From: Chiloscyllium plagiosum
Taxonomy: Eukaryota
DNA length: 53,588 nt
Assembly: GCF_004010195.1 (NCBI RefSeq)
Contig: NC_057718.1
Coordinates: 56,747,872 to 56,801,459, forward strand
Reading direction: 5' to 3'
A model generated the notes under the pieces. The model searched no databases and had not been told where the DNA came from. It was given only the letters and a program-made list of their open reading frames with translations. Both the position numbers and the translations under genes were made by a program. Positions 24,946 to 37,199 of this stretch are shown here, piece after piece. Numbering within the stretch: position 1 is the first letter of the stretch; every line of letters starts with the position of its first letter.

Positions 24946-25294
24946 ATATACGAAGAACAGGGTCCTCAGACTCAAGGAAGCAGCCAAAAGCAGAGAAAAG
25001 AGGTTTGCAGGTGGAATGGAATTGGAAAAAAAAATGGTTGGGATCAAGAATGATAAAAGAATTAATCAGTTTTTCCAAAAGGAATGGGAATTAAGTCACT
25101 TCAATATTTCCTTGCTCTATTCACTTTTTGCTCGTTTCTTCCCTTATTTACCAGAAACGTTCCTCTTGCCCTTCCTTGCTAACCCACACTCCTCCTTTCT
25201 CCAAATTATCATATCTTTACTTCATCCCCTCATCTCCTTCAGAACAAACTCCTTCTTGTCTCCTCCGGCTTTTGTCCTCTCATCTGTCAATCCA

Positions 25295-25745
25295 TCCCCA
25301 GGATTAAGAAATGTTGGATAGACTAGCTTTGTTTTCACTGGAATGCAGGAGGGTGAGGGGCAACCTGATAGAAGTTTATAAGATTGTTAATGGCATGGAT
25401 AGAGTGGAAAGTATGAGGCTTTTTTCCCCAGGGTGGAAGGATCAATTATTAGGAGACAAGTTCAAGGTACAGGGTGGAAAGTTTAGAATAGATGTTTTGA
25501 GGCAAGTTTTTCACACAAAGGGTGCTAAATACCTGGAACGTGCTGCCAGAGGAGGTGGTGGATGTAGACTCAATAGCAGCAGTTAAGAGTCAACTGGACA
25601 AATACATGAATAGAAAGAGAATAGAGGTACATGGATCCTTTAAGTGAAGACAGCTTTAGTACGAAAGGGCAAAATGTGTCAGCACAGGCTTGGAGCACCA
25701 AAGGGCCTGTTCCTGTACTGTATTGTTCTTTGCACTTTTGTATTG
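25295..25745 (+). mobile_element. CR1 LINE 3' end
   Basis: LDRLALFSLECRRVRGNLIEVYKIVNGMDRV, plus 3' UTR AAGGGCCTGTTCCTGTACTGT. Confidence 0.8.
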
Positions 25746-25772
25746 TATTGGCTGAAAATACAGCGTAAAAGA

Positions 25773-26272
25773 NNNNNNNNNNNNNNNNNNNNNNNNNNNN
25801 NNNNNNNNNNNNNNNNNNNNNNNNNNNNNNNNNNNNNNNNNNNNNNNNNNNNNNNNNNNNNNNNNNNNNNNNNNNNNNNNNNNNNNNNNNNNNNNNNNNN
25901 NNNNNNNNNNNNNNNNNNNNNNNNNNNNNNNNNNNNNNNNNNNNNNNNNNNNNNNNNNNNNNNNNNNNNNNNNNNNNNNNNNNNNNNNNNNNNNNNNNNN
26001 NNNNNNNNNNNNNNNNNNNNNNNNNNNNNNNNNNNNNNNNNNNNNNNNNNNNNNNNNNNNNNNNNNNNNNNNNNNNNNNNNNNNNNNNNNNNNNNNNNNN
26101 NNNNNNNNNNNNNNNNNNNNNNNNNNNNNNNNNNNNNNNNNNNNNNNNNNNNNNNNNNNNNNNNNNNNNNNNNNNNNNNNNNNNNNNNNNNNNNNNNNNN
26201 NNNNNNNNNNNNNNNNNNNNNNNNNNNNNNNNNNNNNNNNNNNNNNNNNNNNNNNNNNNNNNNNNNNNNNNN
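25773..26272. other. Assembly gap (500 N)
   Basis: Run of exactly 500 N, so probably a fixed-size scaffold spacer. Confidence 0.99.
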
Positions 26273-26330
26273 GTGTGTGTGTATGTGTGAGCGTATGAGA
26301 GGGGGTCTGCATGAGTGTATGTATCTGTAG

Positions 26331-26374
<44 letters not shown>

Positions 26375-27103
26375 GAGTGTCTGTGTCTGTCTGTGTAGTG
26401 CAAAAGAGTCACCTGCAGTGTCACATGAACCCAAGGTCCCGGTTGAGGCCATCCCCATGGGTACCGAACTTGGCTATCAGCCTCTGCTTGGCCACTTTTC
26501 GCCTGTCCCGAAGTCGCCTTGGAGGATGGTCACCCGAAGGTTTGAGGTCAAATGTCCTGGACCGCTGAAGTGTTCTCCGACTGGGAGGGAACACTCCTGT
26601 CAGTTGATTGTTGTGGTGTCCATTCATCCATTGCCATAGCTTCTGCTTGGTCTTGCCAATGCACCATGCCTCAGGACATCCTTGACTGCAGCATATGAGA
26701 CAAATAGATGAGGCATGATACATTGGCGAGACCAAGCAGAGGCTATGGCAATGGATGAATGGACACCGCACAACAATCAGCAGACAGGAGTGTTCTCTCC
26801 CAGTTGTAGAACACTTCAACGGTTGGGACATTCGACCTGGGACCTTCAGGTGACCGTCCTCCAAGCTGGACTTCGGCATAGGCAACAACGAAAAGTAGGC
26901 GAAAGTGAGGACTGCAGATGCTGGAGATCAGAGTCAAGATTAGAGTGGTGCTGGAAAAGCACAGCAGGTCAGGCAGCATTCAAGGAGCAGGAAAATCGAC
27001 GTTTTGATGGTCGAGCAGAGGCTGAAAGCCAAGTTCAGTACCCATGGGGATGGCCTCAACTGGGATCTTGGGTTCACGTCACAATACAGGTGACCCCATT
27101 GCA

Positions 27104-27149
<46 letters not shown>

Positions 27150-27335
27150 CCCTCTCTCATACGCTCACACATACATTCCCATACACACATGCACACACTC
27201 ACAGAGTTATACCCTTTTACTTACACACACACACACTCAGACATTCATACCCTCCCCCACACGCACACATATAGGTTTGTGGGGTGAATTTCTACTTGCA
27301 GAATTTCACTTTATTTTGGTCAAAAACTGCATGAA
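26273..27335. mobile_element. Penelope-like element 3' region (GIY-YIG endonuclease) as a large inverted duplication with (GT)n/(CA)n
   Basis: Minus arm ICLICCSQGCPEAWCIGKTKQKLWQWMNGH...AKQRLIAKFGTHGDGLNRDLGF. Plus arm YIGETKQRLWQWMNGHR...EHFN...DLQVTVLQ...AEQRLKAKFSTHGDGLNWDLGF. Symmetry centre near 26700. A different Penelope repeat is nested at about 26897-27007. Confidence 0.85.
26333..26371 (+). repeat. (GT)n microsatellite; mirror (CA)n at about 27106-27147
   Basis: Seen directly; part of the Penelope 3' region. Confidence 0.95.
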
Positions 27336-27399
27336 CCATAGGAAAACCATAGGAAAACAAAATACTATTTGATCCATCTTTTGTCATCTTTTAGTAAAA

Positions 27400-30300
27400 T
27401 AGCACCCACACCAATGTAAACAGCCAGTCTGAATAGCTTTGCATAATTCAGTGCAAGGCACTTTTGACAGTTTGTGTCCATTCAAATTGTCTGTCTTGCT
27501 TTAACAAATTTGTTGAAGCAGCCACCACAGTGCTGAAGTTCAGAACAGGCTTGTGATAAAATTCACTCATGCTAATATATCATAAATTGTCATGTATTAG
27601 ACCTGAGAAAATCCAAAATAACCCTTGCTTTTGCTTCTCCAGGTGTAACTTGAGCTTGTCCAACAGTGCGGTCCAAATAAGTATCCTTTTCATTGGCAAA
27701 TTGACTTTTTGCCAGATTTATAACCAAATTGACTCTTTGTAACTGATCAAACAGCTTAGTCAGCTTGCTGGCGCATATTTCATTCTAAAATGCATGATGC
27801 TACAACAATAAAAAAATAATATTTCTTTGGCTGAATCAGTCAACAAATTTTGATAACATCTTTTTAGCAAGTCAATTATGGATTGAATGAATAAAGCCCA
27901 ATTTTTTCAACACACTTCTCTCATCTTGGAATAGGATGACAATCCATTTTTGTTACTGCGCTGACTCATGATAATCAAAACAGAATATTTGATGATAGGT
28001 GTGACAATGACTCAATTCAGCAACACTCCATCATTCTTCTCTCACTTGAGCTGACCTGTCTGGAATGAGTCTGAGAGGGTGTTTTTCATAGCTAACGCAT
28101 CCCCTACGTTAGCATTATGAACACTAAACACTTTTTCAAGTCCACTCATACAAATTGATTTATGAGTCCATGATAGCCTTTATAACGCACTTTAAAAAGT
28201 TTGCTGAAAGATAGTATATAATGCTAACATCTTTTTAAGCATCTCTGTACAATCTCATTTCTGCAGAATCAACTTTTAAAGTTCAAATTTCTAATTCATT
28301 CTCCAATTGTTTCTATATCTTAATTTCACTGCCCATTTCTTTCACTACCATAAATACATCTTTTTTCCGATTATCCTGATTTTCATAATATCTCTTTAGT
28401 ACATTAACAGAACGCATTACACTGACAATTCCTTCTGTCTGGAATACCCACTACATAATTTACATAATTGAATTGTTCTCGATTTCATAAAATCCAGTGA
28501 CCTTTGTACTTAATGGTCCAGAGAGACAGGTAACAATATTAATACCCTGTCACCAGCAACAACATTCTGAAGATCAGCTTCTTTTATCTTTTCTAGTTTT
28601 CATTGTTGAGTACTCTTCAAATGCTTTTTGGCAACTCATATTTTGGTTAGTATCTCCCTGAAACTCAAAACATAGGCTGGAAGCATAGTCGCTGAGCTTC
28701 GATTTTTCAAATTTTCTTTTATCAGTTTCAGTGGTCCTCTCACCTCATGTCCATTCAACACTTCAGAAGGATCAAATCTTAGACACACTGAGCGCATCCC
28801 TAATGGCAAACAGTAACAAGGGAATTCCATTATCCTAATCATTAACGTATAGCTTGACAATGGGCTCTAACTGTGGTCTTCGAAGTTTGATGCCATATTG
28901 CCAATGCACCTTGAGATTGTGGGTAATAATTGCAAGATGTAAATTGCTTTATTTCCAAACCAATTATTGTTACTTTGAAAATTTGTCAGATAAAATTTGA
29001 ACTTTGATCCGATTATGTTTCTTTGAGTAATCCACACCTTCACAAAACAAATTGAACCAATGTTTCCACTACTATTTTTGCACTAATTTTTCTAATAAGA
29101 CATTGGTTCAGGAAATCAATCAGAAACATTCATTATTGTTATGATACCAATTCCCATTCCTGGATTTAGGCTGGGGTTTTACACAATCTATTAAAGCTCT
29201 CAAATGCTTATTAAAACCTGGTATCAGGTTTAAAGGAGTGAACTTAATTCATAGTTGGGTTTTCCCTACTACCTCACATGCATGGTAAAACGTTACCACA
29301 TCTTTTAAGTAATCCTGGCCAATAAAAATGTTTTCATATTTTAGCTTTGGTTTGCTTAGTAGCTAAATGACCTACTACTGCAATTTCATGAGCAACTTGT
29401 AAAATGTACTTATACATTTGGATAAAATTATCATGGATCACTGCCCATTTTGAGTTCGTCTCTATTTCCTCATTCATACTTTCTTTGTCGAGTAATAACA
29501 GTGTGGTATTAGTCCTGATTCAATTTTTGAGCAGTCTGTTTGATATAATTCTCTCAATTCAGGATTTGTTGTTGCATTATCATTCACTTTTCCGTTCATC
29601 TCCATTATTTAAATATTGAGAATTCTGATAATCAAATTTCCAAGTGATCTTTCTGATTCAAAGATTCATCTTCCTGGGTCTGAGGACTAGTCACAACGTA
29701 GTCAGGAAAAGAAATCCAGGATGTCCTCCTGTAGCTTCTCTGTTTCTTTTACCTTTATTGGTTAAACCACCACTATTGGTGACGCCAATATTTTCGAACC
29801 AGTTATTTCCCAAGATAAAATCAATCCATTTCGACAATAATTGCTCCACCATGCCAACTACAACGTCTTCATTCACTAAGTCACTTTTTAACTTAACTCT
29901 GCATGATGGCTTTGATTTATTACTTCCATGTATGTCTTCATATTTTCTCTGTCATTACTTCCTTTGGAAGACAAAATAAACATCATCAGCCAGTATCAGT
30001 AATTGATTTGCTCCAGTGTTTCACCTCCTTGGTTTATTTTCTCGAGATCGAGCATAAGATTTTACCTCTTCTTTTGAGATACAATTCAGAGTCTCCAGCA
30101 GTTTCATTCTTCTTCATCATTGATAAAAAAGTTTCTTGACTGTCTTGAGTCATTTTTCCTTCTTGGTACATTCAAAGAAAATATATTTTTGGTTTTACTA
30201 CCACTGTAGTTTTAATACTGATGCTTTCCTGATATTCCCTTTTCTGGGGATTCCTTAGACATTCCTACTACTGCAATCAGTTTAACTATCTCCCATTTAA

Positions 30301-30530
30301 CTTCCAGCATATAAATTGACTTTAGCATGTTCAAATCTTATTGCAATAGCAGCATTCCTTCACACCACCTTTTGATTCTATTCTCCATTTGTTTCTGACT
30401 CCAGTCAGGTCTCCTTCAAAGGTGTCACAGCTTTCAATCTATGGGTTTTCTAAACTAATATCAATCCAAAATCATCTTGATCCAAAAACAAGATTATAGT
30501 CTTCACTATTTATCCCACTGCCGTAAGCCA
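27400..30530 (-). mobile_element. Highly decayed Gmr1-like Gypsy LTR retrotransposon internal region (gag ... IN then RT)
   Basis: Reading the minus strand: knuckle remnant CCYCNK (~30340); IN zinc finger AHEIAVVGHLATKQTKAKI*KHFYWPGL (~29396-29310); SDQSSNF; IKQFTSCNYYPQSQGALAIWHQT; GHEVRGPLKLIKE (~28750); then RT SAVTKMDCHPIPR*EKCVEKIG (~27960-27897) and MSEFYHKPVLNFSTVVAASTNLLK (~27570-27500). Confidence 0.75.
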
Positions 30531-31356
30531 CCATAATGAAAACAATCCATGAGCTCTCTGACACATACTTAATTAGGTCACTGTTCTAGAAGGAATGTCA
30601 AACGTAGTTATTTTCCTTTTAAAAGCCCTTCACAAAAATAACACATCCATATGCCATTATTACTAAATCGAAACTCTAAAACAGTATAAATATCACACAC
30701 CTCTCATCACAATAGTCATCTAACAGACACAGCAGTTGCCTGATTACACTTCGGAAGGTCAAACAATGTTATAAGATAGTATTAAGAGAAAACATATGAA
30801 TTTCTCACTGGCAAGAATCCACAAACAATTGAATCAAATTTTAAATCAGGCAGCAGGATTTGATCAATTGGAATTGATGTCACTAAGGTACATCATGCTA
30901 AGACTAGAAGAACAAATTGAGGCAACTTGAATTAATTGTTAAATGAAAATTAAACTCCCATCAAAACTCATAGAAGCTTTAAAACAATATCAAACTTTTG
31001 AAAGATTTGCATAGGACTTTCACTGTCACAATTTCCAATTAGAGTAACCAACTTCAAATTAAAATCAGCAAACTGGTAATAAATTAATCTAGTCTAATTT
31101 ATGTCAGGCAGGCAACAATGAAGACAGCTGCTAATGCTGATGTAAAGGAGCAGATGCTGTTATTCAGAATAAAAGTGTGTTTACATATAGAAGTGATATT
31201 TATTTGACCAAAAAATCTGCACAGTAGTGAAATCTCTTAAATGTCAATATTGCTCAATGATCTTATTTTTGAGCTCTTCACAAGACAACTCATTTTTCAT
31301 ATGCTTCTGAAGTTTAAAGGAGTGAAAATATTTTTGAAAAATCAAGAATTACATAC

Positions 31357-31634
31357 CTGTCCTCAAGTTCTTTATGTTCAACTTCTAAATTTTTATGAGC
31401 AAATTTCAAACTTCCATGTTTATTGATGAGGGCCTCATATTCAGTTGCCTGATGTTCATGTAATTTAGCTAGTTTTTCATGATCCTTGATAAGTGAATCA
31501 TACTGTAATTTCAACTCCTCTTTTTCCTTTATCAGTGATTCATTTTCATTCTCCAATGACAACTGCTGATTCTGAAGTTGAGAATTCTGAGTCATCAAGG
31601 ATGCACTTTGAGAACCAAGGGTAGAATGTTCCAC
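31357..31634 (-). CDS. CCDC88A: CCDC88A/Girdin coding exon, 278 bp, phase 0-2
   Basis: tgatag|GTG...GAC AG|gtatgt. Encodes VEHSTLGSQSASLMTQNSQLQNQQLSLENENESLIKEKEELKLQYDSLIKDHEKLAKLHEHQATEYEALINKHGSLKFAHKNLEVEHKELED(R). Confidence 0.96.
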
Positions 31635-31829
31635 CTATCAAGAAAAATGAATTAATGTTAACTTTAAACACTTCAATAAACATTAGACTGCTTTAAATAA
31701 GTCCAGGAAGACTTATTCCATTGCCCTGAGATTAAGCACCTTTGCAATTCTCATCTAAATTTACAAACTCTTTTTAGCCTAAATATAGCTTTACTAATTC
31801 ATTAGCCTTCTCCCGAGGTGAAATAAATG

Positions 31830-32045
31830 AAGAGGGTGGTTAGCTCGGTTGATCTTCTGGTTTACCATGCAGTGTGGTATCAACAGTGTACGTTCAATTC
31901 TGCACTAGCTGAGGTTACCATGAACAGCTCTCCTTCTCAACCTCTCCCCTTGCTTGATGCATGCTGTCGTTCCAGATTAAACCACCATCAGTCATCTCAC
32001 TTTAATGAGAGGGCAGCTTTCTCATCCTCAGATTATGGCTACGTT
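31830..32045 (+). mobile_element. Old tRNA-derived SINE (third family)
   Basis: GGTTAGCTCGGTTG A-box-like and GTTCAATTCT B-box-like head, then GCTGAGGTTACCATGAA...CTCAACCTCTCCCC body. Confidence 0.55.
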
Positions 32046-33110
32046 AACCCAGTGTGCATACTACCAATCCACTAGCAGTTTCAGCTAGTTGTCATCTCCC
32101 TACCTGATTTTGGCTCCAACTTTTTTCCTCCCACTTCTGAATATGTAACTCTCCCATGCCAGTCATCAGGAATTTCCAACAAATGCAACATATGCAACTA
32201 ATTTTAAAGTCATCCTACTGTCCACCAGGATTTTTCTAACTGCTTCTAACTTTCTATCCCTTAAAAACCTTTATTTTTCTTGCACACTCTATTCCTTTCT
32301 TCTTCCTCTGTCCTCTTTATTTCCCATCTCTTTTCCCCTTGCCTTATTTCAGGTACTTCTTCTAACCTTGCATCTGAATACTCCCACATGAAATTACATG
32401 GTATTTATTGAAAATGTTTAGGATTACACTAGATTGTTTCAATTCTACTTGGAAATGGAGTTTAAGGCACAGTCAACAAGCAAAGACAAAATCAATAAAG
32501 GCATCACAATTTTTGTCATTGTGGATATACTATTCTTTAGAATTTAGGTTTTAATTGATTTGAAAACTGATCTGAAAAGTTGGTTTTACGAGTATGAATT
32601 TATATAAAACAGCTACTTAGCATAAATCAGGAAACTTCAAGTACCGAGAGGGAAGTCATATTATTTTGTTCTTTCATGCTGTAAAAGTTGTCATTGATAT
32701 TATGCTTGCATATGCAAAATAGAAAAAATGTCAGATTGCTGTTTATTTTAAATGAGGTCTAGTAATGTTGTGAACCGGATTTCAGACACGTTTTTCAGAT
32801 TTGTAAATACATCTCTTCTGAAAATGTGTCCCATTGTATTATAGCAGAATGCTGGTGAATGCTTTGTGCTGTTTCTTATGGTAAACCTCTTACGCCCAAT
32901 TTCCATCAAGGAAAGCATTAATTCGAAAATATTGCTTGGATACAGATCGTGCGTTTTACAGAATATTTTAGAAATCTAGCATAGGTGAAAAGTATTGCAT
33001 ACTGTAACTTCATTGAAAAACCACTTTTGCTTTTGAATCAAGAAAAGTATTCTATTTCAGTAAATGATGCATCAACTTTGAAACTAAAAAACACCAACAC
33101 AAATTCTAAC

Positions 33111-33272
33111 CTGCAGCTTGGCATTCTGTGTTTGCAAGGTGGTATTGTGCTCCTGTAAAGATGCTGTCTGTCGCTGAAGTGCAAGGATTTGGGCTTGCAA
33201 GTTGTTATTTTGGGCTTCTAGCTGTTTCAGCTGAGTTTTCAAGGCTTGTTTCTCAGCCTGAAGAGTTGCATT
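33111..33272 (-). CDS. CCDC88A: CCDC88A/Girdin coding exon, 162 bp, phase 0-0 (absent from the ORF track)
   Basis: cacatag|AAT...CAG|gttaga. Encodes [54 protein letters not shown], continuing Girdin in frame. Confidence 0.96.
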
Positions 33273-33546
33273 CTATGTGACAGTAAAAGGGAAAGGAGAA
33301 CAGAAAATGTCAAAACATGTGCTATAATTAATAGTAAACATAACTGTAATGAAACAGAATCCCACTTCCATACTCCTCTTGTCAAAGTCCAGCACATATT
33401 TTAAGAAAATAATTTTAGTTTATAAATATTAGCTTTTTTTATACTTTCATTAATAAAAGTGTACAAGTTAATAACACTATCCAAAAAATATTTAGCAATA
33501 CTGTTGGGTACTGAGCATCAAATTATTCCTTGTGCTCGATCCTCTA

Positions 33547-33761
33547 CAGGGCGTCCTGGTAGAATGCTATGGTTGCGTTACTCGCACTATAGAAATTCAC
33601 TCTATGGAAAACCCATATACAAAATCGTGCTAAAGGGGTTGCAATAGAAAATCGCTACATCCATTCAGTAGAAAGTTTGGGTTATCCAAACAATGTCCAC
33701 TATTTGCCAATCGCATTGAGCTGATTCGCGTTGACAAAATGTGTTATACTAGAACGACCTG
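33547..33761. mobile_element. Tc1/mariner-superfamily (Tigger/pogo-like) MITE, 215 bp
   Basis: TA on both sides (33545-46, 33762-63). Imperfect TIRs CAGGGCGTCCTGGTAGAATGC versus CAGGTCGTTCTAGTATAACAC (15/21 match). Confidence 0.65.
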
Positions 33762-33967
33762 TATTAATTATTTGGACTGGAGGAGCACTAAGTGCATTCT
33801 TGCTAATGCAACACGTCATAAATAGATAACACCCTCTACTATATTAAGTAAGAATTCACATACCTCCCAGCAATCTATGCATTGCTGCTTAAATGTTCTA
33901 CATCTCTTGCTCCATAATACTTAGCGCATTCACAAGTTGTCATACGAAAACAGTCCTTTTGTGGCAT

Positions 33968-35130
33968 GACATAGAAACATTGGAAATAGGAGCAGCACTA
34001 GGCCATTCAGCCCTTTGAGCCTGCTCCACCATTCAATATGATCACAGCTGATCGATCTACTCAGTACGCTCTTCCTGCTTTCTCCCATATCCTATGATCC
34101 CTTTAGCTCCAAGAACTATATCTAACTCGTTAAAAAAAATTCAGTGTCTTTTTCCTCAACAACCTTCTATGGCAGAGAATTCCACAGGCTCACCACTCTC
34201 TGAAAAAAGAAAATTCTCTTCATCTGAATGGCCTATCCTGATTCCTTAGACTTGATTCCTAGTTCTGGACTCCAGGTTATTGGAAGCATCCTTCCGCACC
34301 TGCCCTGTTCATTCCTGTTAGAATTTTATCGGCTTCTATGAGATCCTCCCCCTCACTCTTCCAAACTCTAGTGAATATGGTCCTAACTGATCCATCATAC
34401 ATCATCCTACCATTCCAGGACTCAATCTGATACATCTTCATTGCACCCCTTCTATCACCAGGCCATCCATCCTCAGATCAAGGCAAAAACTGCATAAAAG
34501 TACTCCAGGTGTGGTTTCACCAAGGTTCTGTACAATTGCAGCACGACATCCCTGCGCCTGTACTTGAATCCTCTCACTATGAAGGCCAACATACCATTTG
34601 CCTTCTTCACCACCTGCAAGTTTACTTTCAACAACCTCTGGATGTAGGTTTGCTTGCTGAGCTGGAAGGTTCATTTTCAGAAGTTTCGTCACCATACTAA
34701 GTAACATCTTCAGTGAGCCGCCGAACGAAGCACTGCTGATGATTCCTGCGTTCTATTTATAGGTTTGGGAAACACCAGCAGTGCTTCTTCCGGAGGCTCA
34801 CTGAAGATGCTACCTAGTATGGTGATGAAATGTCTGAAAATGAACCTTCCAGCTCAGCAAGCAAATCTACATCCAGAACCTCAACCTGAGTTACAAATCT
34901 ACTCAAACCTCGCTTTCAACCTCTCAATTACTAACATTCTACTTCATTTGTCCTGCATTTGCCCACTCACTCAATTTGTCTAAAACACAGTGAAGCATTT
35001 TAACATCCTCCTCACAGTGCATCCTCTCACCCAGCTTTGTGTCATCTGCAAATTTGAATATAGTACATTTAGTTCCCTCATCTAAATAATTCAAAATGTG
35101 TTGTGAATTGCTGGCATCAGGCACTGATGC
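33968..35130 (-). mobile_element. CR1 LINE RT/3' fragment, interrupted by a Penelope fold-back
   Basis: NYLDEGTKCTIFKFADDTKLG (ORF 34939-35124); CR1 3' UTR at the left end. Confidence 0.8.
34633..34912. mobile_element. Penelope-like fold-back insertion (distinct family) with hammerhead cores
   Basis: Inverted arms 34637-34738 / 34776-34877. CTGAAGA-TGCTACC TAGTAT GGTGAT-GAAA-TGTC at 34801-34834 with a mirror copy at 34680-34713. Possible 8-bp TSD CTTTCAAC. Confidence 0.7.
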
Positions 35131-35170
35131 TTATGGTATGCCAATGGTTCCTGGCTGCTACTCAAAAAGG

Positions 35171-35354
35171 GCTGAAAATGTGTTGCTGGAACAGCGCAGC
35201 AGGTCAGGCAGCATCCAGGGAACAGGAGAATCAACATTTCGGGCATAAGCCCTTCAGGAAGACAGCTTCTTCAAGGAAGGCATCCTTGTAAGAGGATTCG
35301 CAGTAGGTTAAAATCTTTGAGGAGAAAGTGAGGTCTGCAGATGCAGACCTCACA
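35171..35354 (-). mobile_element. Penelope-like repeat insertion containing a permuted repeat junction
   Basis: 15-bp TSD TGCTACTCAAAAAGG (35156-35170 / 35355-35369). Another subfamily fragment follows at about 35377-35475. Confidence 0.75.
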
Positions 35355-36519
35355 TGCTACTCAAAAAGGACCAAGTAGTAGACAGGCAGGAGGCTGGAAA
35401 AACACAGCAAGCCAGGCAGCATCAGGAGGTGGAGAAGTCAATGTTTCGGGTATACCCTTTCTTCAGGGCTGGGGGAGTGGAAGATGTGAATGTTAACCGA
35501 GGCATCATATGGAGACAATCACTCGACAAACAGAAACCAAAATTTGATGGAGATCTGATTGCTCCCTGGTCATCATTTCATTATCAACTTACTGAAAGCT
35601 CAGTCAATAGAATCTCAGTTATAAGGATTAAGTGGATATTCCTTGGAGCCGACTGGAAGTAATTTGCATGCATCTATGTCTTCTAAAACCGGCTAAGATA
35701 CAGTCTCAAGTGTCTGTGATGTGAGGGAGAATGGAGTCTGCTTAAGTGAACTGACCAGTTACATCTTATTTATATTTCTTTGACTTTATCCCTTAATGAT
35801 GTCTGTTTGGTTTGTGGTGGTGGGAGCTAGAATCAAAGATTAGGTGTAAATCAAGACATTGTTGCTTAACTTTGTTTTGAAAAATTAATTTTTGACACAA
35901 TGAGCATGAACAGTTTGCAGCGTACAAGTATTTGTTTCTAATGTAGGCAACTAACTACAGGTATATTGATATTCAGTAAGAGGTAAAGAGAAGTACTGGA
36001 AAATCTAACCAAATTTAGTATGATGGTATCAATATTTTAATATATTTTGTGTAATACTTAACCACTGGAGTCTAACTAATTAATTTTACATCTCTTCTTG
36101 ATTGACCTATAGGCTGTAACCTGTATGGTGATGGATGAATCTAAACTATAAACAAAAAGCAACAAACAAGTTTTGGGAATTTATTGATGTCTATTAAATT
36201 GACTGTAGTAGTTAACATTTGCCTAAGAGTTCAGAGCATACACAAGAACATATATCACATGAACGGTTGTGTTTTAAGAGGTGGCTAACCACCATCTTCT
36301 CGAGGGCACTTGGGATGTTCAATGAACACTGACTTTACCTTTGATGAACAACATTTCTTTAAAAAGTAATTGTTTAATATAGATTTGGCTTTTTGATTGC
36401 AGAAATGGGGAGGGTTGCTAACAAAGTGGTAATGTTACTGGGCTATCAATCCAGTGACTAGGTCAATGCAGTACAGCATAGGTTTTGGAAGCTGTGGAAT
36501 TTCCTTTTTTAATTTTTGG

Positions 36520-36825
36520 GTGTTGCAATGGCACAGTGGTTAGCACTGTTGCGTCACAGTGCTAGGGGCTCTCTTTCAATTGCAGCCTTGGGTACAGTGT
36601 GTGATATTTGCATGTTTTCTGGTTTCCTCCCACAGTCCAAAGATGTGTTGGTTCTGTGTTGGCCATACTAAATTCCTCTGTAGCATCAAGGGATATTCAG
36701 GCTAGGTGGATTAGCTGTGCTAAATGTAAGGTTACAGGGATAGGTGGGATGCTCTTCAGAGGGTCAGTGCAGACTCAAATGGGCCAATTGGCCTCTTTGT
36801 GCACAGTAGGGATTCTATAAGTCTA
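36520..36825 (+). mobile_element. Degenerate HE1-type V-SINE
   Basis: TGGCACAGTGGTTAGCACTG head, GGTTTCCTCCCACAGTCCAAAGATGTG, and tail GCACAGTAGGGATTCTA. Confidence 0.75.
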
Positions 36826-37199
36826 TAAAGATGCTGTATTATTATTAAATTGTTAATTCCTTTCTTTAAGTTATAAACTTAGTATCTAGCATTGGTTATT
36901 CAGATACTCTAATACTGGTTATTCAAAAAGTCTGGCTTGAAACCATTGGGATCAACTTTGAGGATCGTTATATGTTCAGAGTTTATTGTGTTGCAAATGC
37001 TGTACAGGAATATGGAGGTTTATTTGACTTGGCTGTCTTTATGTCAAAATACATCTGAAAGTCCAAGTGAACCATATCCACTGGCTTACCCTTATCAACT
37101 CTACTAGTTAAATCCTCTAAAAATTCCAATATGTTTGTCAAGCATATCCCTTTTATAAATCCATGATGATTCTATCTTACAGGTGCTCTGCTTTCTTAA

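Noticed and set aside
25570..26458. Long ORFs of 218-284 aa in the ORF track
   Set aside because: They are artefacts of translating through the 500-N gap and the GT microsatellite.
32785..32830. Hairpin as a candidate pre-miRNA
   Set aside because: At about 46 nt it is too short, and there is no recognisable mature miRNA sequence.
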